From Gemmatimonadota bacterium (GTDB taxonomy: Bacteria; Gemmatimonadota; Gemmatimonadetes; Gemmatimonadales; GWC2-71-9), in NCBI GenBank assembly GCA_039588295.1, contig JBDHAB010000033.1, positions 1 through 32,023 on the forward strand: a stretch of DNA of 32,023 nucleotides. Direction: 5' to 3'. This document shows positions 11,101 through 19,766 of this stretch, piece by piece (the first letter of the stretch is position 1; the number at the start of each line of letters is the position of its first letter). The notes under the pieces are model-generated. The model saw nothing but the letters and a program-made list of their open reading frames with translations, did not search any database and was not told the origin of the DNA. The position numbers and the translations under genes are program-made.

Positions 11101-11246
11101 ATCGGGATCGGATTGGGCTCGGAGAACGGATAGGTCGTGAGGACCCGCGTTCCTTCCGAGATGTGCGCCGTCTGGGCTGCGGATCGGGTCCACAGCGACG
11201 TGAGCGCAGCAAACAGCAAGATCGTGGTGCGAGGAGACATGGGCAT
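8172..11246 (-). CDS. Exported DUF5107-domain protein with TPR repeats
   Basis: Signal peptide ending SAAQ. Motifs LYPYHSFEGY, LENDLIEVFVLPEAGGKVW, IALRGPWTSGGIEFNFG, GQKLWLW, YIEFQAGR, then a long helical TPR region. Start is 11246 or 11240. Confidence 0.8.
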   Translation of the reverse strand: MPMSPRTTILLFAALTSLWTRSAAQTAHISEGTRVLTTYPFSEPNPIPILTRDARLYPYHSFEGYATEGAPREWNVVHLENDLIEVFVLPEAGGKVWGAVVKRTGHEFIYRNEVMKFRNIALRGPWTSGGIEFNFGVIGHTPATATPVDYVLRENPDGSVSCIVGAMDLPSRTHWRVEIRLPADRAYFETNVLWYNPTPLEQPYYNWMTAAAFARNDLEMVMPGNAYLAHSGESRPWPVDAAGRFLPAYANNRFAGHKSYHVVGELHDFFGGYYHDDSYGFGHWSRHEEMPGQKLWLWALSRQGGVWEELLTDTDGQYIEFQAGRLFVQYSQGAHVNPITQAGFDPGAADRWSETWFPVEGLGGLTDVSRDGAMHVRREDGRLIVSVHAFGDMADTLWVSSGDRIVASIPMSFSALEPVEHAFDLADGTVFRVKLPALRLDHTSDPSARALARPFATDPSARAQIPEVHRLVAAGRELAKGRRYTDAREVFESVVAQDPWHREARLGLADLEYRRGRYASGRAHVDYVLQLDTYDAHANFVAGNLYRALGKVADARDAFGWAARSMAYRSVAYDQLAELMLAERDYPEATRYARLALDYDRYNLPARQVLAIIGRQQNDDALVASMKAELLAIDPLHHFVAAETFLTDRDEPSAAALLATLRGEYPDQAILELAVDYVRRGARDDARALLRLGADVTPNPLLSAWHAWLDDDPASLPREADLSLVFPFRRETLAVLEWAVRHDDQWTWSYLLALNLWARDRADQAAALLAALGDRPDFAPSYVTRALLLQELAARDPEADLRRAVRIDGANRTIRIHLVRHLQGRGRWEDALAASGEGRSRFPGDFNLDLLHVQSLIQLDRPLEAIDILNATHVLPSENARTSHRLYEQAHTLAALDAMEGGAYEDAQHHIRAALDWPEHLGQGRPYNPEERLVRYLLGVAAQRLGKVQEARAAFEAVVEATDLTRARPSRLDLLVIPSLTALGRDAGDLSRQLADERAKLDDDLDSRLLLRSLSLAVSRGGGG

Positions 11247-11411
11247 GGCAGAAGGTCGTTGAGGTTTTGGCAGTCGGATCGGGGCTTCAGCCAACCAATC
11301 TACCGAGCAATCACTGTTGTCACATCCACCGGCGATAACTGGGCATCGGACGCCAGGAATGATGTCCCGCTGAGCGTTGCGTCACACCGCTCACACCTGC
11401 AAGATGCGTCT

Positions 11412-12362
11412 ATGGACATCGCGAACGAAGTGTGCTGCGCCGAGCAGCGCATCCGGCCCCATACGCGTGAAACGATCCTTGAACGTTCGGCGTATCTGAG
11501 CCAACTGGGCGACGCGGAAGTGCACTGCAAGCTCGAGAACCTCCAGTTCACGGGGTCGTTCAAGGCGCGCGGCGCGATGAACAAGATCCTGTCACTCGCG
11601 CCTGAAGAGTTGGCGCGGGGCGTCATCGCCGCCTCCACCGGTAACCACGGTCTGGCCGTGGCGCGCGCAGCGCGGGAGCTGGATGCGCCGGCGATCGTCC
11701 TCGTTCCCCATGGCGCGAGCCCCTCGAAAGTCCGAGCTATCGAGCGCTTCGATGCCGACGTGCGCCACCGTGGTGATGACGGGCTGAAGACTGAGGTCCA
11801 CGCGCGGCGGTTCGCTGCCGACAACGCTATGACGTACGTGTCACCTTACAACGACCCGCTGGTGATCGGCGGGCAGGGAACCGTGGCGCGAGAGCTTGAG
11901 CGGCAGCTCGAGCGGATCGACGCAGTGTTTGTCGCTCTGGGTGGCGGTGGCTTGATCTCGGGTATCGCGGGTTATCTCAAGTCCGTTCGGCCCGAGGTCC
12001 GTATCGTCGGGTGTTCGCCGGAGAATTCGGCGATCATGATTGAATCGGTGCGGGCGGGTCGGATTCTCGATCTACCGTCTCTCCCGACGCTCTCCGACGG
12101 TACGGCCGGCGGTGTCGAGCAGGGCTCCATCACGTTCGAGCTGTGCCGCACGCTGGTCGACGAGTACGTGACGGTCACCGAGGACGAGATCGCAGAGAGC
12201 CTCAGGCAGTTCACCGATGCCCATCACCTGCTGGTTGAGGGAGCGGCGGCGGTCGCGGTCGCCTCGTACGTGAAAACGCGCGAGCGGTTCGCGGGAATGC
12301 GCGTGGTCGTGGTGATCTGCGGAGGAAACATCAGTCTGGAGACCCTGAAACAGGTACTCTGA
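11412..12362 (+). CDS. PLP-dependent threonine/serine dehydratase (fold type II, no regulatory domain)
   Basis: KLENLQFTGSFKARGA (PLP lysine), ASTGNHG, GGQGT, GGGGLISG, VEGAAA, CGGN. ATG at 11412; the ORF-track extension back to 10398 is an antisense shadow. Confidence 0.93.
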   Translation: MDIANEVCCAEQRIRPHTRETILERSAYLSQLGDAEVHCKLENLQFTGSFKARGAMNKILSLAPEELARGVIAASTGNHGLAVARAARELDAPAIVLVPHGASPSKVRAIERFDADVRHRGDDGLKTEVHARRFAADNAMTYVSPYNDPLVIGGQGTVARELERQLERIDAVFVALGGGGLISGIAGYLKSVRPEVRIVGCSPENSAIMIESVRAGRILDLPSLPTLSDGTAGGVEQGSITFELCRTLVDEYVTVTEDEIAESLRQFTDAHHLLVEGAAAVAVASYVKTRERFAGMRVVVVICGGNISLETLKQVL

Positions 12363-13057
12363 TGGTGGGTTGGATCGTCCCCCCGGCCAGAGAGCCGACG
12401 AAGACGCCGGAGAAGTTGGAGCGCGAGCGGGCTGCCAAGGTCGAGGAGTTGACGGCCTTGGGGTATCTCACGTCCGAGCGAATCCGCCGAGCGTTATTGA
12501 AAGTGCGGCGCGAGGATTTCATTCCTCGGGCGTACCGGGACTATGCCTACATGGAGGTGCCGCTCCCGCTCCCGGGTAAACATGCCACGATCTCCTGCCC
12601 GCACAGCTATCCCTTGTTCTACGAGCCGCTGAGATTGGATGCCGGGCACAGATTCTTGGAGGTCGGGCTCGGCTCGGGATACGGCGCAGCGGTTGCTCGG
12701 GAGGTCGTGGGCAGCGACGGCCTCGTGGTCGCCGTGGAAATCGATCCCGTGACGTTGGCGTACGGGGAAGCCAACCTGAACCACGCGGGCTACGACGACG
12801 TCGTGCTGGTGCGCGCCGATGGCGGTCTCGGGTATCCGGCGCTCGGGCCGTATGACCGCATCTCCGTCACCGCTGCGTGCACGAAAGTTCCCGCGCCGCT
12901 CGTCGAGCAGCTCGTCGTGGGTGGGCGGGTCATTGCACCGGTCTTCGCGCGCGCGGTGCAGCAGCTGGTGCTCATGACGAAAACGGCGGATGGGATGGAG
13001 CGGAGCGCGATCTGCCCGGTCGCGTATGTTTCCCTCAGAGGGCGATACGGCGTATGA
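12362..13057 (+). CDS. pcm: Protein-L-isoaspartate O-methyltransferase
   Basis: VRREDFIP..AY...PLP...TISCPH, LEVGLGSGY, DGGLGYPALGPYDRISVTAA, QLVVGGRVIAPV. TGATG overlap with the upstream stop. Confidence 0.9.
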   Translation: MVGWIVPPAREPTKTPEKLERERAAKVEELTALGYLTSERIRRALLKVRREDFIPRAYRDYAYMEVPLPLPGKHATISCPHSYPLFYEPLRLDAGHRFLEVGLGSGYGAAVAREVVGSDGLVVAVEIDPVTLAYGEANLNHAGYDDVVLVRADGGLGYPALGPYDRISVTAACTKVPAPLVEQLVVGGRVIAPVFARAVQQLVLMTKTADGMERSAICPVAYVSLRGRYGV

Positions 13058-14076
13058 AGACCCAAGCGCTGTTGTTCGAGCGCTTGGAGGGTGATGTGGC
13101 GCGCTGTGGCGTGTGCCAGCGGCGCTGCACGATCCCGCCGGGCGACGTGGGGTGGTGCCGCACCCGCCGGAACGAAGACGGCACGCTCTACAGTCTGATT
13201 TACGGGGAAGTCTCGTCGGTGTCCGTCAATCCGATCGAGAAGAAGCCCGTGTTCCACTTCCATCCGGGGTCGAGATGGCTCTCGTTGGGGAGCGTTGGGT
13301 GCAACTTCCGCTGTCCCGGGTGCCAAAACTGGGAACTCTCGCACTGGCAAGACGGCGAGACGGGCACGGAATACCTCCCGCCTGAGCGCGCAGTCCTCTT
13401 GGCGAAGGAATATGGGTGCATCGGCATCTCCTGGACCTTCAACGAACCGTCGATCTGGTTCGAGTACACGCTGGACGGGGCGAAGGCAGCGAAGAGAGAC
13501 GGGCTTCACACCAACTACGTCACCAACGGCACCATCTCGAGGGACGCCCTGGCTGCGCTGGCGCCGTACCTCGATGTGTTTCGGGTGGACCTCAAGGGGT
13601 TCTCCGACTCCACGTATAAGCGCATCGGTCACGTCGGCGGGTTCGAGCAGATTCTCGACGTCATCCGACTGGCGAAAGGCTTCGGCATGCATGTCGAGGT
13701 CGTGACCAACATCATCCCGGGCATCAACGACAGTGCGTCTGAGCTCAGCAACCTCGCGAGATGGATCAACGACACGCTGGGGGCCGAGATGCCGTGGCAT
13801 GTGACGCGCTTCTACCCGCATTTGAAGCTCCACAGTGTCCCACCCACGCCGATCTCCACGCTCGAGCGTGCCAGGACCCTCGGCAAAGAAGCAGGCTTGT
13901 GGTACGTGTACGTCGGCAACGTGCCGGGTCACCGATGGGAGCACACATACTGCCACGTGTGCGGCCATCTCTTGATCGAGCGGTACGTGTTCGATGTGAT
14001 CGACAATGAGATCGATGATGGTATGTGTCCGGAGTGTGGCGTCGGCGTACCGGGGGTGTGGGGGTGCGGGCGGTAG
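13054..14076 (+). CDS. AmmeMemoRadiSam-system radical SAM enzyme (PFL-activase-like)
   Basis: N-terminal CGVCQRRC...GWCRTR, NPIEKKPVFHFHPG, radical SAM motif GCNFRCPGCQNW, FNEP, HVTRFYP, YVYVGNVPG, C-terminal CHVCG and CPECG. ATGA overlap with pcm. Confidence 0.92.
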   Translation: MKTQALLFERLEGDVARCGVCQRRCTIPPGDVGWCRTRRNEDGTLYSLIYGEVSSVSVNPIEKKPVFHFHPGSRWLSLGSVGCNFRCPGCQNWELSHWQDGETGTEYLPPERAVLLAKEYGCIGISWTFNEPSIWFEYTLDGAKAAKRDGLHTNYVTNGTISRDALAALAPYLDVFRVDLKGFSDSTYKRIGHVGGFEQILDVIRLAKGFGMHVEVVTNIIPGINDSASELSNLARWINDTLGAEMPWHVTRFYPHLKLHSVPPTPISTLERARTLGKEAGLWYVYVGNVPGHRWEHTYCHVCGHLLIERYVFDVIDNEIDDGMCPECGVGVPGVWGCGR

Positions 14077-15087
14077 GATGGTACGCCGGTTCCAGCCGGT
14101 GCCTCTTCGCCCTAATGTCATGCACTCCATGGCTGATTCTGCGGGGTCAAGAGGTAGCCAGTGGCTCGAGCATCAGTGTAACGGCGGGACTCTACTTCGG
14201 TGAGAGTTCCTCGGTGAGCGGTCCGTTGATCGCACTCCGGTACGCTCACGAGGTCATTGGGCCGATCGCGCTCGGCGTGAGGATTCGCTACCGCGATGAC
14301 ACACCCGGGGGGGGGCCGGACTCAAGCCGTCGGCATAGGTGGTGACGTCCTCATCGGGGATCCGTTGAACGACGACCGCGGATTCTACTTGCTTCTCGGC
14401 GCTTCCGTTGAAAGAGCATTCACCTCCCATGGCTCCGAATTCAGACCCCCGGACATTGAAAGCGGTTTCCACCCGTATGGCTCCGTTGGTCTGGGGACGG
14501 CTGTTGGCGTCGGAAACGCTCGTCTGCTCGCTGAGGGACGGATCATCTACGGGGCAGGTGGCCCACTCGGCGTCGTTTCACTGGGCTTGGGTTCACGGGC
14601 CACACGCCGCGACCCCCGTGAGCGTCTTGCGAGCAGCGCCTTCGCGGTGCTGGCCACGACCTTCACCCACACCAACAGGAACTACCGACAGGACGAGGAC
14701 TTCCGTGGCTACGTAGTGTGGTACGAGCACGCTCTTGCACAGGGGAGATTCAGGGCCCGCGCTGCATTGGGAATCGACTTCCTGCGTTTCCTTGTGGATG
14801 GCCGAGAGTGGAGTACCGGTGCTGTGGACGCAGCAGTCTCAGTGCCCGTGACAGTTCTTGCTGCTCTGCGACAAGTTGTCAGGCTGTCGGTAGTTCCCGA
14901 AATCGGCGGGCTGCTGTTCACCGAACCTCAGGTGCGAGCATACCCCATTGGACGACTCGGCGCAGAACTCACCCTCACGTTCAGTGGCGCGGGTCTCGTC
15001 GCCGGAGTGAGCGGGGCGCTGGGCAACGGACCCGGAGGGACACTCTCCGGATGGCAGCCGAGGCTTGGGGTGCAGCTGAGCTTCTAG
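14064..15087 (+). pseudogene. Outer-membrane beta-barrel protein interrupted by a frameshift at a G9 tract (phase-variable gene, pseudogene or sequencing error)
   Basis: Upstream frame: signal-like VRAVGW...CLFALMSCTPWLILRG-QE, then amphipathic strands to RYRDDTPGGG. Downstream frame (14296-15087) has beta strands and a terminal WQPRLGVQLSF. Removing one G from 14307-14315 fuses them into about 340 aa. Confidence 0.65.
14307..14315 (+). repeat. G9 homopolymer tract
   Basis: acaccc-GGGGGGGGG-ccgga, located exactly at the frame junction. Confidence 0.95.
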
Positions 15088-15172
15088 GACCGCCCGGCCA
15101 ATCCGCACGCGATGCTGGCTGCAGGGTGTTGCGCCCCACCCGCGACGCGCCTCAGCACCGTGTCCATCCCTT

Positions 15173-17176
15173 CTACCAGTCCACCCGCTCGAATCGCAGG
15201 TTCCGCACGCGCCCGCTGGAGATTAGCATCCGCGTCACCAGCCCCGCATCGTCGCGCTCGAATTGGATCTGTCCGAAGTCGCCCTCGAACCGATCCGCCG
15301 CACCCGCCTCGGAGATGGCTATCGGTTCGTGCCGTACGTGAACCGCCATCAGACGTCCGTGTTCGACGGCCAATAGGTACGAGGTCTCGAGCTCCGGACT
15401 GTAGTACCGGCCGGTGTAGTCCTCCAGCACCACGGTCGCCGGGTCGAACGACGGGAGACGTCGGGCTGTCTGAACCACGTCGCCCTGCACCAAGACGAGT
15501 GCCGTCACCTCTCTCTGCTCGCGCTGAAACCTGACGGTGGCCGAGGCTTCGGGAACGAAGAACTCGCTCTCGGACTGCGGGATCAGCTCGACCCGCGGCT
15601 GACCGGTGGCCTGTCCCATCAGCCGATCCCCCTCTCGCTCCACCTCCACCAAGAGACCGGACGGGAAGGTGTAGCTGCCTTCGTAGTCGTCAAAGACCGC
15701 CGGGTCCACGTCAGCACGTGCCAGTTCCCCAATCTCCTCGGCGAGTGTCTCCGGGCTCTCGGGAAAGTGTCCCTCGAGATAGACGTCCGCCACGCGGAGC
15801 GCCATCTGCGATGGATTGAAGCTCGCGGCGTTGGAGAAGACGGCGACGGCAAAGTCCTGGTCCGGGAACCTGCCAACGTAGGTCCGGAAGCCGGCGTCGC
15901 CTCCGGAATGGCCGATCAACGACAGTCCTCGGTGCCGGCCGATGCCGAGACCGGCCGCATACCCCAGGGTATCGCCGCTGTTGAGCACCCCGCGTCGGTG
16001 CATCAGCTCCAGCACCCGGCGGCGGCCGACGGTACCCTCATCGAGGTTCCGCGTCCACCGCAGGACATCACCCACGGTGGTGAACAAGCTCGTGGCACCC
16101 ACGTTGGCATAACTCAACACGATCTTCCGGAACCCGCCATCCGGATCCGCCCGGTACGAGTACGCCCGGTTCGGCACCACCATCTCGTGATCGTCATGGA
16201 AATGGGTGTGCGCCATACCGAGCGGCTCGAACACTTCCTCGCGCATGAACTGTGGGAAGGGCGTGTCGGCGACCCTGCTCACGATCTCCGCGAGGAGCGT
16301 GTACCCCGTGTTGCTGTAGAGATACATGTCACCGGGGGGGAAGTTGAGCTCACGCTGCCGTTCGATGAGACGCATGATCTGGTTGCGCGTGATCACGTCG
16401 TCGAGTCGCCACCCCGCCATACTCAGCAGGTCCCACTGGTCCCGCAGGCCGCTGACATGGTGGATGAGGTGCCGCACGGTAATCGTCGGTCCGAAATCGT
16501 GGACCTCGGGCAAGTACTGCCGGATGTCGTCATCGAGCGACAACATGCCGCGATCGGCCAACAGCATCACTGCGAACGCGGTGAACTGCTTGCTCACGGA
16601 CGCCACATGAAACACGGTCTCCGGCGTGATCGGCACCTGGTACTCGAGTTGAGCTTCCCCGTACCCGTTCGCGTATATGATCTCGGAGTCCTGCATGATG
16701 CCGATGCTGGCTCCCGGTCCCCCCGGCCGGTCCCATACCGCAAAGAGCTGATCCACACGGCCTTCGCGCGTCGCGGCCACCGGCTCCAGGCGCTCGATGC
16801 GGACTTCGTATCGACCGGGGTCGGCGTCCTCGTTGAGCGGTCGCACCTCGATGCCGTAGTCACCTGCCACCTCGGTGAACAGCATGACCGGCTCGACGCC
16901 CTGCCGCCCGTTGGGGCTATCGATCTCCTGCAACTGCTCGCCGTCGGGGCCGCTCACGTGGAGGATCACGTCGATGCCGCGTTGCTCGACCGCCACGAAT
17001 GCGAACTGTTCGGCTTCCAGGGCGACGGCGTAGCGATGCACCTGACCGGCGGTCAAGTCGCGTTCGATCGGCGCATCGCGTTCCAGGCGGGTCACGTCTT
17101 GTGCGACGGCACCTCGCGGGCCTACGAGAAGGCTGAGGACGGCAAGCAACCCGGCGGCGGTTCCGAGATGACGCAT
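15173..17176 (-). CDS. Exported serine hydrolase (beta-lactamase class C/AmpC-like) with an N-terminal PPC-like domain and C-terminal DUF3471-like domains
   Basis: Signal peptide ending AVAQ. SxxK motif ASVSKQF, LIHHVSGL, YSN motif (YLYSNTGY), HSGG. GGGAG RBS. Confidence 0.9.
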   Translation of the reverse strand: MRHLGTAAGLLAVLSLLVGPRGAVAQDVTRLERDAPIERDLTAGQVHRYAVALEAEQFAFVAVEQRGIDVILHVSGPDGEQLQEIDSPNGRQGVEPVMLFTEVAGDYGIEVRPLNEDADPGRYEVRIERLEPVAATREGRVDQLFAVWDRPGGPGASIGIMQDSEIIYANGYGEAQLEYQVPITPETVFHVASVSKQFTAFAVMLLADRGMLSLDDDIRQYLPEVHDFGPTITVRHLIHHVSGLRDQWDLLSMAGWRLDDVITRNQIMRLIERQRELNFPPGDMYLYSNTGYTLLAEIVSRVADTPFPQFMREEVFEPLGMAHTHFHDDHEMVVPNRAYSYRADPDGGFRKIVLSYANVGATSLFTTVGDVLRWTRNLDEGTVGRRRVLELMHRRGVLNSGDTLGYAAGLGIGRHRGLSLIGHSGGDAGFRTYVGRFPDQDFAVAVFSNAASFNPSQMALRVADVYLEGHFPESPETLAEEIGELARADVDPAVFDDYEGSYTFPSGLLVEVEREGDRLMGQATGQPRVELIPQSESEFFVPEASATVRFQREQREVTALVLVQGDVVQTARRLPSFDPATVVLEDYTGRYYSPELETSYLLAVEHGRLMAVHVRHEPIAISEAGAADRFEGDFGQIQFERDDAGLVTRMLISSGRVRNLRFERVDW

Positions 17177-17296
17177 GGCGTTCTCCCTGGCAGTGACTAA
17201 CGTATAGACTACGCATCAGAGGGACGAACCGCTTCGACAGCGACACGTCCCGGCGTGTTACACCAAACGTAGCCACTTTTCGAGGAGGTGCTCATC

Positions 17297-17716
17297 ATGG
17301 CACGCACACGATTCCTCTTGATGGTCGCCGTACTGGCATCGTCGTCGGGTTGTGAGCAGCGATCATCCCCAGGCGGGGAGAGTCCGGCTGCGAATACAGC
17401 CCAGGCAAGGCCCGATGAACAGGGGGCTGCGGCGACCGTCGCGGCGATGCTGGCTCTCGCTGAGGAAGGTGCGTGGGGCGCCTACGTGGACGACTTCTAC
17501 GGCGAATCGCACAAGTTCGCATCGGACGAGGATCGCAACCAGCTCGTGCAGCGATTCGAACAGCAATGGGGCACACAGGTTGTTGAAGCACTGAGGCAGG
17601 CTACCACCATCGCTCCGGTGATCGACGATGACGGTCGAGCCGTGTTCACCACCGATGGCGAGCCGGTGTTTGTGCTCTATAGAACGGACGACGGCAGGTG
17701 GACGTTCCATCTGTGA
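17297..17716 (+). CDS. Hypothetical lipoprotein
   Basis: GAGGAGG RBS, ATG 17297, lipobox-like LASSSGC, Pro/Ala linker and a small globular domain. Confidence 0.75.
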   Translation: MARTRFLLMVAVLASSSGCEQRSSPGGESPAANTAQARPDEQGAAATVAAMLALAEEGAWGAYVDDFYGESHKFASDEDRNQLVQRFEQQWGTQVVEALRQATTIAPVIDDDGRAVFTTDGEPVFVLYRTDDGRWTFHL

Positions 17717-17801
17717 CCTGACAGCACGTTGCGCCCGCCGCTGCTCGATACCGTGAGGTTCATGACGCAAGCTCGATCCAGATTCCTACTTGGAGGTTTT
17801 C

Positions 17802-18731
17802 GTGTCTCGGCATTTGCAGTTGATCCCACTGGTTGCGGCAACGGCCCTGTGGCTCGGTTGCGCAGAGGGACCACCGGTGTGGTCCGTCGATCCCTTGGCG
17901 GAGCCGCAAGCCATCTCACTCTTCGGCGATTCGCTGTACGCTCTCCCAGACACGACCGGCGCCGTTGCGCAAGCCGATTCGGCTCTCGCGGAAGCCCCCG
18001 ACAATGTGGATCTGTTGATTGCGTCAGGACGGGTGCGTCGGAACTTCTGGCAGTACCGTCAGGCGATGGCGCTCTACACCCGAGCGATCGACCTGGCACC
18101 CGAGGATTGGCGGCCGTACCGGTTTCGCGGGCACCGCCACATCTCGGTGCGTGAGTTCGACCGGGCCATCGTGGACCTGGAAGCGGCGCGAGCACGGGCA
18201 CCGATGAACTGGGATGTGGCCTACCACTTGGGGCTAGCGTACTTCCTGGCAGGCCGGTTTGCCGATGCGGCCGATGAATATTCGCGATGCCTCGAATTGG
18301 CGGACGATGCCGCTGCGCTTAGCGCGCCGCGCGAGGGCTTTCGGAGCTGCGCGGAGAACGCCGCCGACCCGGAATCGATGGTGGCTATGACGGAGTGGGC
18401 CGTGCGGGCGCTCCGTCGGTCCGGGCAGCACGACTCCGTGATGCGCCTCCTCGCGGCGCTCCCCCCGGATCTTCCCATCGAAGAGAACGTCGCCTACTAC
18501 CACGATCTGCTGTTCTACAAAGGAGTCAAGACCGCCGACGAGTTGCTCTCCCCCGGCGAGGACGCGCCATACCGGTTGGAGACGGTGGGGTTCGGCGTGG
18601 CGAACTGGTTACTCGTCGAGGGCGATACGGCCCGTGCCACGGAGATCCTGGAGCAGATTGCCCGACATCCATGGTGGCCGGGCTTCGGGCGCATCGCGGC
18701 GGAGGCGGAGTTGGCGAGGATGGCTCGGTAA
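17802..18731 (+). CDS. TPR-repeat lipoprotein
   Basis: GGAGG RBS before GTG 17802, lipobox LWLGC, TPR patterns (AMALYTRAIDLAP; YHLGLAYFLAGRFADAADEY). Confidence 0.82.
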   Translation: MSRHLQLIPLVAATALWLGCAEGPPVWSVDPLAEPQAISLFGDSLYALPDTTGAVAQADSALAEAPDNVDLLIASGRVRRNFWQYRQAMALYTRAIDLAPEDWRPYRFRGHRHISVREFDRAIVDLEAARARAPMNWDVAYHLGLAYFLAGRFADAADEYSRCLELADDAAALSAPREGFRSCAENAADPESMVAMTEWAVRALRRSGQHDSVMRLLAALPPDLPIEENVAYYHDLLFYKGVKTADELLSPGEDAPYRLETVGFGVANWLLVEGDTARATEILEQIARHPWWPGFGRIAAEAELARMAR

Positions 18732-18782
18732 GGCGGTCGACCCTCAGGTCGGACGGTCGATGAGAGTGGAGTCGGCCCCTAC

Positions 18783-19766
18783 CTACCAGTGGATCTCCAC
18801 CACGTCGCCTTCTTCCAGCACGTGCGCGTCCTTGACCGACTGACCGTCGAAGACGCTGGGTCCCCAGATCCGCGCGAACTTCAATCCGTCGGCGATGTCC
18901 TTGTGGATGGTTCGGGCCAGATCGCCAACGGTGGAGTTTCTGGGGAGCGTGAACGGCCGATCGTGGTCCGGGTCCTTCTTGGGTTCCTTCGTGTATACCC
19001 GGATGATGTTCAGAGCATCGAAGGTTTGCTTGGCCAACTCCTCCAACCCCGTGCCCCTTACCGAAGACACGGGCACGATCGGCCACGGGGTTTCCAGCAG
19101 CTCCTCGAGTGCCCCTAGGTCCCCGTCCGCACCCGCTCGGTCCGTTCCGGTGACGACGAGGAGAGCGGCCTTGTGAAGCCATCCCAGTCGGACTTCCGTC
19201 GGCGCTCCCATTCCTGCCGGATAGAGCCCGACGGCCTTTCGGCTGAGAAGATCCAGGACCAGGTCAATCCCGTTGAGCGGCCGGTCGATGGAAACCACGA
19301 GCCACGCCAGGTCCCCAGCTCGAATCAGATCGTAGACCCAGGACTCCACGTGCTCGTGGCACAGGGCGGGGAGATCCACGAGCTGAATCGCGATGTCCTC
19401 GAAAGGCATCATCCCCGGTGTGGCTTCCCGGGTGGTGAGCGGATACGCGGCGACCTCGGGCTTGGCGTGGGTGAGGGTAGCAACGAGGCTGGATTTCCCG
19501 GCGTTTGGTGGCCCGACCAGAACCACCTGTCCTGCCCCCTCTCCCGGGATTCGGTGACTGTGTCCCCGCGTGGGACCCTTCTTCTTCGGTTCGCGCCTGA
19601 GCTTCGACAGCCGTGAGCGCAGATCGGCTTGGAGTTTGTCCGTCCCCTTGTGCTTGGGGATCACCCGCAGCATCTCCTCGAGGCCGGCGATCTTCTCCTC
19701 TCGGGTCACGGCGTTCCGGAATCTGGCCTCGGCCGCCTTGTACGCTGGTGTGAGGTTAGCTGGCAT
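18783..19766 (-). CDS. DRG/OBG-family GTP-binding protein with a C-terminal TGS domain
   Basis: MPANLTP N-terminus, IPKHKGTDKL, G1 GPPNAGKSS, G2 YPLTT, QLVDLP, TGS domain IIRVYTK...IHKD...ARIWG...HVLEEGDVVEIH. Confidence 0.9.
   Translation of the reverse strand: MPANLTPAYKAAEARFRNAVTREEKIAGLEEMLRVIPKHKGTDKLQADLRSRLSKLRREPKKKGPTRGHSHRIPGEGAGQVVLVGPPNAGKSSLVATLTHAKPEVAAYPLTTREATPGMMPFEDIAIQLVDLPALCHEHVESWVYDLIRAGDLAWLVVSIDRPLNGIDLVLDLLSRKAVGLYPAGMGAPTEVRLGWLHKAALLVVTGTDRAGADGDLGALEELLETPWPIVPVSSVRGTGLEELAKQTFDALNIIRVYTKEPKKDPDHDRPFTLPRNSTVGDLARTIHKDIADGLKFARIWGPSVFDGQSVKDAHVLEEGDVVEIHW

Noticed and set aside
10398..11411. N-terminal extension of the 654-aa ORF
   Set aside because: It is antisense to the DUF5107 gene; dehydratase homology begins only at ATG 11412.
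13054..14076. Radical SAM enzyme as the maturase of the Nif11-like peptide
   Set aside because: It is about 12 kb away, belongs to the AmmeMemoRadiSam family, and has no visible RRE or SPASM domain.
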